Assembly: GCA_002269645.1 (NCBI GenBank)
Contig: NIVC01005196.1
Location: forward strand, 1 to 22,127
DNA length: 22,127 bases
Direction of reading: 5' to 3'
DNA from: Macrostomum lignano
Lineage: Eukaryota
Shown here: positions 9,191 to 21,021 of the stretch, piece after piece
Numbering within the stretch: the stretch's first letter is position 1
How the letters are laid out: each line of letters opens with the position of its first letter
The notes under the pieces: generated by a model
Database searches by the model: none
The model's input: only the letters and a program-made list of their open reading frames with translations
Told to the model about the DNA's origin: nothing
Translations under genes and position numbers: made by a program

Positions 9191-10099
9191 TCAAATCAGA
9201 TTGTGATTAAATTTCAACGGGTTCAAGCTATTATTTTATATGTGGTTCTTCGTTAACGCAATTTCTTTTAAAAGTACAAGCCAAAGTCCAAGTATGCAAT
9301 AGTTAAAAAAAAGTGCAGGCAAACAGCGGGTGATGTATGCTGTACTGAACAGAAAACCAGTTCCACTTGTTTACCGAATCCGTAGAATTCCCAACAAAAA
9401 AACTAGAAGTAACTATAAATGCAGCCGCTTACTGAACAATCAAGTTCTCATGTAAACACATTTGCGTCGATAGAAACTGCAGTCTTACCTTGCTGGAGAG
9501 GCCTTACTTGCTAGTTATTAATCACGATAATTGTAAAAGATGTTGATGCGACTTAGAAGAGCTCGGCTTTTCCAGTTTTTAATATACTTTCTGTCTGTCT
9601 CTGTCTGTCTTTTTGCTTTCCAGAATGCTCTCTCCCCCGCTATCTTGGATCAACGCATATGCACTAGTAGCTCGTACGTACTGGAAACCACGCGCACTAT
9701 CGCGAGGGAGACAGGCACAGCTGGGAAACGCATCTTGAAATCAATGCCATCTTGCTTTCCCTTGGCTGAAGCGGAGAAGGCGACCCAGGCAAGACGTTTG
9801 TCGAGGGACAGGAATTGGAGGGTCTTGGGGTTTCTCTGGGGCAAGGAGGTACACCGGGTTAGCCCTTTGGCTGCCCTTTCTGTCCTCGCTTATAGCGGCA
9901 GAAAAAGAAGATGGTTCATCCACACGGACAATACTGTTTCTTCTCTTGTCGGTGCAGTCTGGGGTATAAATAAACAAGGAGTGATGCAGATATTTCAGGA
10001 TGTAGTGACTTAATTAGTTTGCGAGCTCATGATTCAATTAAGGAATGAGTTTTCAGGTGAGATCATGAGTGAGATTAAGAGCCAGAGAGGGAGGTTAGG

Positions 10100-11930
10100 G
10101 TGTGAGGTAGCTAAGGAGAGAGATAATGAAGTGAGGTAGCCAAGGAGGGAGATAGGGGAGTGAGGTAGCCAAGAAGGGAGATGGGGGAGTGAGGTAGCCA
10201 GAAGGGAGATGGGGGAGTGAGGTAGCCAAGGAGGGAGATGTGGGAGTGAGGTAGCCAAGGAGGGAGATGTGGGAGTGAGGTAGCCAAGGAGGGAGATGTG
10301 GGAGTAAGGTAGCCAAGGAGGGAGATGGAGGAGTGAGGTAGCCAAGGAGGGAGATGGGGGAGTGAGGTAGCCAAGGAGGGAGATGTGGGAGTGAGGTAGC
10401 CAAGGAGGGAGATGGGGGAGTGAGGTAGCCAAGGAGGGAGATGGAGGAGTGAGGTAGCTGAGAGAGAGATGGAGGATTGAGGTAGCCAAGGAGGGAGATG
10501 TGGGAGTGAGGTAGCCCAGAAGGGAGATGGGGGAGTGAGGTAGCCCAGAAGGGAGATGGGGGAGTGAGGTAGCCAAGGAGGGAGATGTGGGAGTGAGGTA
10601 GCCAAGGAGGGAGATGTGGGAGTGAGGTAGCCAAGGAGGGAGATGGAGGAGTGAGGTAGCCAAGGAGGGAGATGGGGGAGTGAGGTAGCCAAGGAGGGAG
10701 ATGTGGGAGTGAGGTAGCCAGAAGGGAGATGGGGAGTGAGGTAGCCAAGAAGGGAGATGGGGGAGTGAGGTAGCCAAGGAGGGAGATGTGGGAGTGAGGT
10801 AGCCCAGAAGGGAGATGGGGGAGTGAGGTAGCCCAGAAGGGAGATGGGGGAGTGAGGTAGCCAAGGAGGGAGATGTGGGAGTGAGGTAGCCAAGGAGGGA
10901 GATGTGGGAGTGAGGTAGCCAAGGAGGGAGATGGAGGAGTGAGGTAGCCAAGGAGGGAGATGGGGAGTGAGGTAGCCAAGAAGGGAGATGGAGGAGTGAG
11001 GTAGCTGAGAGGGAGATGGAGAAGTGAGGTAGCCAAGAAGGGAGATGGGGAGTGAGGTAGCCAAGAAGGGAGATGGGGGAGTGAGGTAGCCAAGAAGGGA
11101 GATGGGGAGTGAGGTAGCCAAGAAGGGAGATGGGGGAGTGAGGTAGCCAAGAAGGGAGATGGGGGAGTGAGGTAGCCAAGAAGGGAGATGATGGAGTGAG
11201 GTAGCCAAGAAGTGAGATGATGGAGTGAGGTAGCCAAGGAGGGAGATGATGATGTGAGGTAGCCAAGGAAAGAGATGATGGAGTGAGGTAGCCAAGGAGG
11301 GAGATGGGGGAGTGAGGTAGCCAAGGAGGGAGATGGGGGAGTGAGGTAGCCAAGAAGGGAGATGATGGAATGAGGTAGCCAAGAAGTGAGATGATGGAGT
11401 GAGGTAGCCAAGGAGGGAGACGATGGAGTGAGGTAGCCAAGGAGGGAGACGATGGAGTGAGGTAGCCAAGGAGGGAGATGGGGGAGTGAGGTAGCCAATG
11501 AGGGAGATGGGGGAGTGAGGTAGCCAATGAGGGAGATGGGGAGTGAGGTAGCCAAGGAGGGAGATGGGGAGTGAGGTAGCCAAGGAGGGAGATGGAGGAG
11601 TGAGGTAGCCAAGAAGGGAGATGATGGAATGAGGTAGCCAAGAAGTGAGATGATGGAGTGAGGTAGCCAAGGAGGGAGACGATGGAGTGAGGTAGCCAAG
11701 GAGGGAGACGATGGAGTGAGGTAGCCAAGGAGGGAGATGGGGAGTGAGGTAGCCAATGAGGGAGATGGGGAGTGAGGTAGCCAATGAGGGAGATGGGGGA
11801 GTGAGGTAGCCAAGGAGGGAGATGGGGGAGTGAGGTAGCCAATGAGGGAGATGGGGGAGTGAGGTAGCCAATGAGGGAGATGGGGGAGTGAGGTAGCCAA
11901 GAAGGGAGATGGGGGAGTGAGGTAGCCAAG
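10100..11930. repeat. 29-bp purine-rich minisatellite, long array (about 64 units) with higher-order duplications
   Basis: Consensus TGAGGTAGCCAAGGAGGGAGATGGGGGAG; hand count about 63 exact TGAGGTAG cores plus one TAAGGTAG variant. A variant block at about 11352-11480 recurs at about 11611-11740. This array explains the three 630-aa minus-strand ORFs. Confidence 0.97.
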
Positions 11931-12436
11931 TAGGCAGATTTTTACTGTAGTGCAAACTGATTTTTCGACTAAGCGCCTTTCTATCCATCCCAATCAGAAG
12001 TGTCAGTGCGTGTAGATCCCCTGAAATGCCGAAAATTTGCATCAATACGCTCCATCTACGCTAATCTCCGAGCTGCCCATCGGATGAACAACCCAATCCA
12101 GTTCAGTCACGTGCTTACCAGTTCCCCAGCCGGTCTCTGCGCTGGACTTGCCAAGGTGGAGAAAAAAATCTGGTATGGACCTGGCAGCCCCACAGAGACA
12201 GTTCATTTTTCTAGTCATCCCAGCGGGGGGTGGGGAGTCCGCACCCGCCAATGGGGAGGGTCAGGCTTTATTTAATGGCCTTTCTGTGCAGCCGCACAGA
12301 AACGAGCTGGGCTTTGGCGAACACGTGTCCGAAAAATCTGCTGCTGCAACTGCCGATTAACAGCTCGCGCTGCTTTCACCTGCCTGCGGTGGACAGGTAC
12401 GTGGTATAGGTGTGTTGCTGCTGGGAGCTGGGCTGT

Positions 12437-14024
<1,588 letters not shown>

Positions 14025-14066
14025 CTACAGTTTAGTCTAATTTTATTTCTCAACGCAAGAGTACAG

Positions 14067-16617
14067 ATGGACCCCGAGCTGGTCACGGTAGTCTGGGCCA
14101 CGGGCGGCGTGGTGGCCAGCTGCGGCTGCTTCATCGTGCTGACGGCCCTGCTGTGCCGGCTGTCGCAGTACTGCCACCGGAGACTGCGCAAGATGAAGAA
14201 GCTCCGTCAGCGACGCCAGCAGCTCAGTCAAGTAGACAGCAGCCTGCGGCGCCAGAGTTTGGCCATGACGCTGCTGACTGATCGAAGAAAAAGCAGGCAA
14301 AAGTTGGGAAATGAAGGTGGCTCGCGTGGGGACTGGAGACTGTGAGTATGTGGCTGTCTCTGGAGATCCAAGATCGTGGCTAGTTTATTGGTAATGAAAG
14401 AGAAAGTGCAGATGACAGACTGTAGAAGGCAGACAGACAGAAGGACACTAGGAGACAGATAGATAGAAGGACACTAGGAGACAGATAGAAGGACACTAGG
14501 AGACAGACAGATAGAAGGACACTAGGAGACAGATAGAAGGACACTAGGAGACAGATAGAAGGACACTAGGAGACAGACAGAAGGACACTAGGAGACAGAC
14601 AGAAGGACACTAGGAGACAGATAGAAGGACACTAGGAGACAGACAGATAGAAGGACACTGGGAGACAGACAGGTAGGACACTGGGAGACAGACAGGTAGG
14701 ACACTGGGAGACAGACAGGTAGGACACTGGGAGACAGACAGGTAGGACACTGGAGACAGATAGAAGGACACTAGGAGACAGATAGGTAGGACACTGGGAG
14801 ACAGATAGAAGGACACTAGGAGACAGACAGGTAGGACACTGGGAGACAGATAGAAGGACACTAGGAGACAGACAGGTAGGACACTGGGAGACAGAAGGAC
14901 ACTGGGAGACAGACAGGTAGGACACTAGGAGACAGACAGGTAGGACACTGGAGACAGATAGAAGGACACTAGGAGACAGACAGGTAGGACACTGGGAGAC
15001 AGATAGAAGGACACTAGGAGACAGACAGGTAGGACACTGGGAGACAGATAGAAGGACACTAGGAGACAGACAGGTAGGACACTGGGAGACAGAAGGACAC
15101 TGGAGACAGACAGGTAGGACACTAGGAGACAGACAGGTAGGACACTGGGAGACAGATAGAAGGACACTAGGAGACAGATAGAAGGACACTAGGAGACAGA
15201 CAGAAGGACACTAGGAGACAGATAGAAGGACACTGGGAGACAGATAGAAGGACACTAGGAGACAGACAGAAGGACACTAGGAGACAGATAGAAGGACACT
15301 AGGAGACAGACAGGTAGGACACTGGGAGACAGATAGAAGGACACTAGGAGACAGACAGGTAGGACACTGGGAGACAGAAGGACACTGGGAGACAGACAGG
15401 TAGGACACTAGGAGACAGACAGGTAGGACACTGGGAGACAGATAGAAGGACACTAGGAGACAGACAGAAGGACACTAGGAGACAGATAGAAGGACACTGG
15501 GAGACAGATAGAAGGACACTAGGAGACAGACAGAAGGACACTAGGAGACAGACAGAAGGACACTAGGAGACAGATAGAAGGACACTGGAGACAGACAGGT
15601 AGGACATTGGGAGACAGACAGGTAGGACATTGGAGACAGACAGGTAGGACACTGGGAGACAGACAGGTAGGACACTGGGAGACAGACAGGTAGGACATTG
15701 GGAGACAGACAGGTAGGACACTGGGAGACAGACAGGTAGGACACTGGGAGACAGACAGGTAGGACACTGGGATACAGATAGAAGGACACTGGGAGACAGA
15801 CAGATAGAAGGACACTGGGAGACAGACAGGTAGGACATTGGGAGACAGACAGGTAGGACACTAGGAGACAGACAGGTAGGACATTGGGAGACAGACAGGT
15901 AGGACACTAGGAGACAGACAGGTAGGACACTAGGAGACAGACAGGTAGGACACTAGGAGACAGACAGGTAGGACACTAGGAGACAGACAGGTAGGACACT
16001 AGGAGACGGATAGAAGGACACTAGGAGACGGATAGAAGGACACTAGGAGACGGATAGAAGGACACTAGGAGACGGATAGAAGGACACTAGGAGACGGATA
16101 GAAGGACACTAGGAGACGGATAGAAGGACACTAGGAGACGGATAGAAGGACACTATGAGACAGACGGAAATATCTACAAAGCGTTCGTACTTTTACCCAC
16201 ATGTACATTTACAATCGGGATAAAGCTTTGTGACCTACAAATAACCTCCAGATCACTCAGCGCGGCGCAAGCATCAATAAGCCGACAGGCGGCGCTGGCG
16301 GCCGGCTTTGATGTCAGGCAGCAAGCGGCGCCCTCTATTGAACTGGACTGCTGCAGCGGAAGCAGCTGCGATAGCCAAATCCAGTCGCCGGCTAATTGGA
16401 AGCCGAAACAGAAAGTTCAACAAACCGGTGTCCAATCTTCGGCGTTGCTAAGGCAACCAGCGCCGCTTGCTTCGACAGCAACGTAGACGATTGGCCACCG
16501 ATTGGCGGCACAGGCAGCGCAGCCGGCGGAGGACCGTCAGGACTGGGAGCTGGCGACAGGGGAGGTCACCGGCGGGGTCACATCATCTTCGGCTGGAGCG
16601 GCTCTGTCCGAAGCTGA
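14067..16617 (+). CDS. Putative orphan single-pass membrane protein, about 213 aa, 2 coding exons (14067-14341, 16252-16617), one +1 repair at about 16396
   Basis: A CAG acceptor directly precedes the ATG at 14067. [30 protein letters not shown] is followed by a polybasic [13 protein letters not shown] tract. A GTGAGT donor at 14342 (phase 2) matches the CCAG acceptor at 16250-16251. Exon 2 is open until AAT TG GAA; restoring one T joins it to ORF 16396-16617. Both exons are GC-rich islands in AT-rich or repeat flanks. I recognise no family. Confidence 0.6.
14431..16165. repeat. Composite 22-26 bp minisatellite (GGACACT(A/G)GGA-GACAGA(T/C)AG-(AA/GTA)), about 1.7 kb
   Basis: A constant GGACACTRGGA spacer alternates with GACA/GATA tracts of variable length. 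Homogeneous 23-bp and then 22-bp runs occur at the 3' end. Confidence 0.97.
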
Positions 16618-17656
16618 CCTTTTGAGCTGAGCCTGTACATAAGTAAATTAATTAGTGCACGCATGGAGATTTTTCAGCGACCTTCTAATAACCGCACAAT
16701 TGTAGGACTGAATATACTTGATATTGGCCCATTTCAAGTCGAAAGATTAATAATTGAACACTTTTTAAAAAACTTCTTAATAAAAATGGATTTGTCTTCA
16801 TTATACGCTACTTATGCATTTAATTCAAAGTAGTATAATTTTAGTCTGACGCACAGATACTATAACCCTAGATAGCTAGTTCACTCTTGTTTAGATTTTT
16901 GCAACTACTCTTTGGTTAGTAGCGTGAACGAACATGGATGCGTCAAACGAGCAGTGCCATGCACACGCTGACGCTCACCCAAAGAGTAGACACTTTTTTG
17001 AGCCATAGACTATAACACAAAATGGCTTAACTCAATGCAGAGTGAAATATCGTGTTTTATTATCTGTGGTCTGACGTTACGTGATGCACGCCTCGGCAGT
17101 GTGATAGACTTTTGTATACCTTAACACTCCCTGATTGTATTGAGTAAAACCGCTACAGATTATGCTACTATGGTGTATGGCTACTGGAGCAATTGCCAGA
17201 ATGGTCAAGAATTGAATCATCCGTGGCCCCACCCCCTTCCCAGTTTTAATAGCTAGTTTATAGCTAGCTAGCTGACTGAACCTCTGCTGGTGGCGCAAGT
17301 TTCAAGTCTAAGAAGTCAGAGAATCCCCCCCCCTAGTCCCATACTCGGCAGTGCGTTGAGTAGCTATGCGATACTCAAGATCTTCGAAGCGAATGCGGGT
17401 ACGTAGCGAGCCTTCCAGCTGAAAAATGCATAGTTCCTTCCCTGCTATGTGCTTGACTACAGTTGGAATTTCCCATTGCTGTCTATATATCTTCTGCCGA
17501 CTCAACTCTGCTAGACTCTCTGCAGTCGTTTTATGCTAACAAGCTCTCTTGGACTATATAGCAAGCAAACATACTATTCTAACTTGTTCCCTATCTCCGA
17601 AGAGCAAATCAAAACCCAGGTATTTATTGTCGATAGATTAGATATTGAAACAGAAA

Positions 17657-19415
17657 ATGGTGATGGACATCGGACTGTTTGGCACGCTGCGCAAGTTGAA
17701 GATAGCCAGCTCCACCCTGCGCATTGATGACGACTTTATTGACAGGTTGAATCATTACTACACGGCTATCGTGATTGTTGTGTTCACGTTTATCATATCG
17801 GCTAAGCAGTATGTTGGTGAGTTCAGGTCGCTATTAATTACTTGAACTTAACTGAAGTTAACAGACATCTTGGATGCTCTGTTTAGATGGGAAATTTCTC
17901 ACCAACTGTAAAGATGTCTAAATAGAACCATTTCTTTTATAATTATAGGGTAGGAGAATGCTCAAACCATTTCTAACGGCGAACTCTCAGCTCCCCTGCA
18001 CTCTCCCCTCACTCCTCTCTCCATCTCTTCTCCTTCCCATCCTCTCTACCACTTGTAAGTTCCCCTCTCTCCCTTCTCCGGACAAAGGAAAAGGTGACTT
18101 GTCTTTCTGCTACAGCTAATAGTTCCTAAAATAGGTACTAAAAAGTACCCTCTGTGGATACAGCGACAAAAAGTTACGCCCGTCGAAAGACTCTTTGAAA
18201 CAGAAACTGTCCTCTCCAAGCAGACAATCGTGCTCAGAGTTTCAGAAGTTCCATATTTACAGGCATTATTTTTATAGATGTCCCTGACTGTAGGCCCTCT
18301 AAAATCTCAAACCCGCAGGTCAGCCACTGCAGTGCTGGTGCCAGCTCAATTCACCACTGCAATGGAGCAGTACGCTGAGAACTACTGCTGGATTCAGAAC
18401 ACCTACTACCTGCCTTTGCGTCACACAATACCTAAAGAGCACAGTCATCGTAACGACAGAAAAATCGGCTACTACCAATGGGTGCCATTCATGCTAGTCT
18501 GCCAGGCCCTGCTATTCTACCTGCCTAACATTGTGTGGCGCCTGCTCAACTGGGAGAGCGGCATCAACTTCCGCGCAATCAATCGAATGACAAGCGACGC
18601 GCAGAACGTGAACCCGGATAGTCGGGCAAAACCATTCGCGCCATCGCCAGGCACATCGAGGACGCGCTGCGTTTCAGAAACGCGAGCGTCGGGACTGTCT
18701 TGGCCAGCTCAGGCAGGCTGCCAATAAGTTTCTGCTCTGCTCCAGGCGTCACGGCGTCTTCCTTAGCCTGATGTACTTTCTCGTCAAGCTGCTCTACATC
18801 TGCAATTGTGTTTGTCAGTTCTTTTTGCTCAACGCCTTCCTAGGTAGTCCGTATCAGTTTTTCGGTTGGGAACTGTTAATTAACATGATATCGGGCGTCA
18901 CCTGGGAGGAGTCGGGCCAATTCCCGAGAGTGACAATGTGCGACTTTGAAATCCGCGTTTTGGGCAACCTGCACCGGCACACGGTTCAGTGCGTCCTAGT
19001 GATCAACCTGTTCAACGAAAAGATCTTCGTATTCCTTTGGTTCTGGCTGTTTCTAGTTGCCGTAGCTACGGTGATGTCGTTCTTCACCTGGCTGTACAAG
19101 CACGCCCTGCCACCGATGAGGCACCAGTTCGTCCTGAGCAGCCTCCGTATGGCCGATTCAAACGTTAGACGCGACTCACGCGACGTCGCTGTCAGGCACC
19201 AGCTAGAGAACTTTGTGAGCCAAAATCTGCGTTGCGATGGGGTGTTCGTGCTGCGCATGCTCGCCATCAATGCTGGAGAAATAATTTCGGCCGAAGTTGC
19301 TAGGGAGATGTGGCTGTCCTACAGAGGAGACTGCAAACGGCCTTTGCAAACAGGCAATGCTAACGGCCCGGATCAGCACATGATGGGAGCTGGAGACGAT
19401 CAAAGTGTGGTGTGA
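17657..19415 (+). CDS. inx: Innexin (gap junction/hemichannel protein), about 419 aa, 2 exons (17657-17816, 18319-19415), three +1 repairs needed
   Basis: [13 protein letters not shown]...ISAKQYVG|QPLQCWVPAQFT...[13 protein letters not shown], the hallmark YYQWVPF, and FPRVTMCDF...[22 protein letters not shown], with two Cys in each extracellular loop. The intron 17817-18318 is phase 1, GT-AG. Single missing bases at about 18338, 18628-18631 and 18675. The C-terminus QSVV fits a class I PDZ ligand pattern. Confidence 0.95.
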
Positions 19416-19428
19416 CATCCATCTAGCT

Positions 19429-20202
19429 GGGGCCCATTTCATAAAGCATTTGTCGGACAAATTACAAGTAACAATTTGACAATTCTGCAAAATGATGCTT
19501 TCATAAAAAACAGCTGCAACTTGACAACTTTCGTCGATAGACATGCACTGAGATGGATGCCTCTGCATTAAAATACTTCCTCTTGTCTTGAGTGTTTGTC
19601 TGTTTGAGAAGACGCTGTGGCACTTGTACGAGTAGCCTTCTTGAATGAGAGGATTAAAGCCGGAGAATAACGCAGAGGTCATCACGTCTGTCTCAGACAC
19701 GGATCCTATAAAATTGTGGTTTGCGGTCTAAAGGCTTGATAAATTTCATATGGTGTTTTAAACATAGACATAAAATTAGTTATTTTTAACCTGAGTAAGG
19801 CCCCATGTTTATGAAACTAAAATATTTGACGCTTGAAACTTGTCACTTGTCACTTGCCATTTGTCGATTTGTCACTTGTCGACTTGTCACTTGTCGGCTT
19901 TTCACTTGTCGACTTCTCACTTGTCGACTTGTCACTTGTCGACTTGTCACTTGTCCACTTGTCGACTTGTTACTTGTCCACTTGTCACTTGTCGACTTGT
20001 CGACTTGTCACTTGTCACTTGTCGACTTGTCACTTGTCACTTGTCGACTTGTCACTTGTCACTTGTCGACTTGTCACTTGTCACTTGTCGACTTGTCGAC
20101 TTGTCACTTGTCGACTTGTCACTTTATCGACTTGTCACTTTGTCGACTTGTCACTTGTCCACTTGTCACTTGTCACCTGCAGCTTTTATGAAATCGGCTC
20201 CC
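19429..20202. mobile_element. Possible non-autonomous TIR element (MITE-like) enclosing the CTTGTC array
   Basis: GGGGCCCATTTCATAAAGC (19429-19447) versus the reverse complement of 20182-20202 (GGGAGCCGATTTCATAAAAGC): one mismatch and two gaps. No clear TSD. Confidence 0.35.
19838..20177. repeat. CTTGTCA / CTTGTCGA 7-8 bp mixed tandem repeat
   Basis: Directly visible, with many GTCGAC palindromes. It explains the LSLVD and TCHLS pseudo-ORFs. Confidence 0.95.
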
Positions 20203-21021
20203 GACACATAAATCTCTTGCAGTTGAGTCTGATCTGAAGGATTTTTATCAGGTTTTTTAACTCCCAAAAAAGCTATCAGTCATATTATATTTAAAGCTGG
20301 ATTTTCGCTTGACCCAAGCTATTCTCTGAATCGAAAATGAATTTTTATTAAATTTATTCACTTTCCAATAGTCAGTCTAGCGCTAGCGACTTCAAATGCT
20401 TAAAAGAACTGTTCATAGTAATATCAATATGGGTTGCCAATCGAAAAAGTGAAAATTCGGGAAAGGGCCGGCCCTTCTTACCCACGAATCCGAATGTCCA
20501 TAAGTTTATAAAGTTTTTTCATTTTAAGCAACTTGATCAAAACCATATAAAATTTCACCTAGCTAGTGCATTTTTGGTCACTAACTATCAAAGCATCACA
20601 TCGACTGCCATTGTGATTGCTGCATGCATCTATCAATATTCATTACATTTTGTACGAATTATTGTTCCACTGTGCGACGCCAGAATTTAACTAACCCCAT
20701 TTTTTGTTGTTGAATAATTGTAATTTAAGTTCCTCTTCGTGTCAATGAAAATCAGTAGAGAAGAAAAAACTGTTCTGCTTTAAAAGCATTCACCAGAAAA
20801 TTGCTTCAGCCGTTACGTATTGTGATTTAATTGTTGATACTGTCATTATATGCATGCAACCTGGTATGAAACACGGGTGATGTCTAGTTTATAGTATTTC
20901 ATTGAATTTTTCAAAACCAACAGAATAGGTAAAAAAACAGTAAGGATTAATATGGGATAAATATGATAAATATGAGAAAGCGTGAATATGAAAAGTTTCT
21001 AGCGTATGATGAGACCTCGAC

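Noticed and set aside
10100-11930. CRISPR-like array (29-bp repeat length)
   Set aside because: The units are head-to-tail with no unique spacers, there are no cas genes, and the context is eukaryotic.
10034-12045. Three minus-strand ORFs of 631-644 aa
   Set aside because: They are translations of the 29-bp array, whose minus strand lacks stops in all frames. There is no unique domain or codon structure.
14610-15907. Multiple SVLPVCL/SQCPTCL ORFs, and similar ORFs at 19805-20237
   Set aside because: Minisatellite translations.
14690-16010. Many CAGGTAG (Zelda/TAGteam) motifs in the composite minisatellite
   Set aside because: Zelda is an arthropod factor, and the gene content here does not point to an insect. 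The motif is a by-product of the repeat unit.
16484-16630. Possible TAG readthrough in exon 2 of the orphan gene (frame stays open for 47 more codons)
   Set aside because: A single T restored at about 16396 gives an uninterrupted frame to 16617 and matches the error type seen elsewhere in the window.
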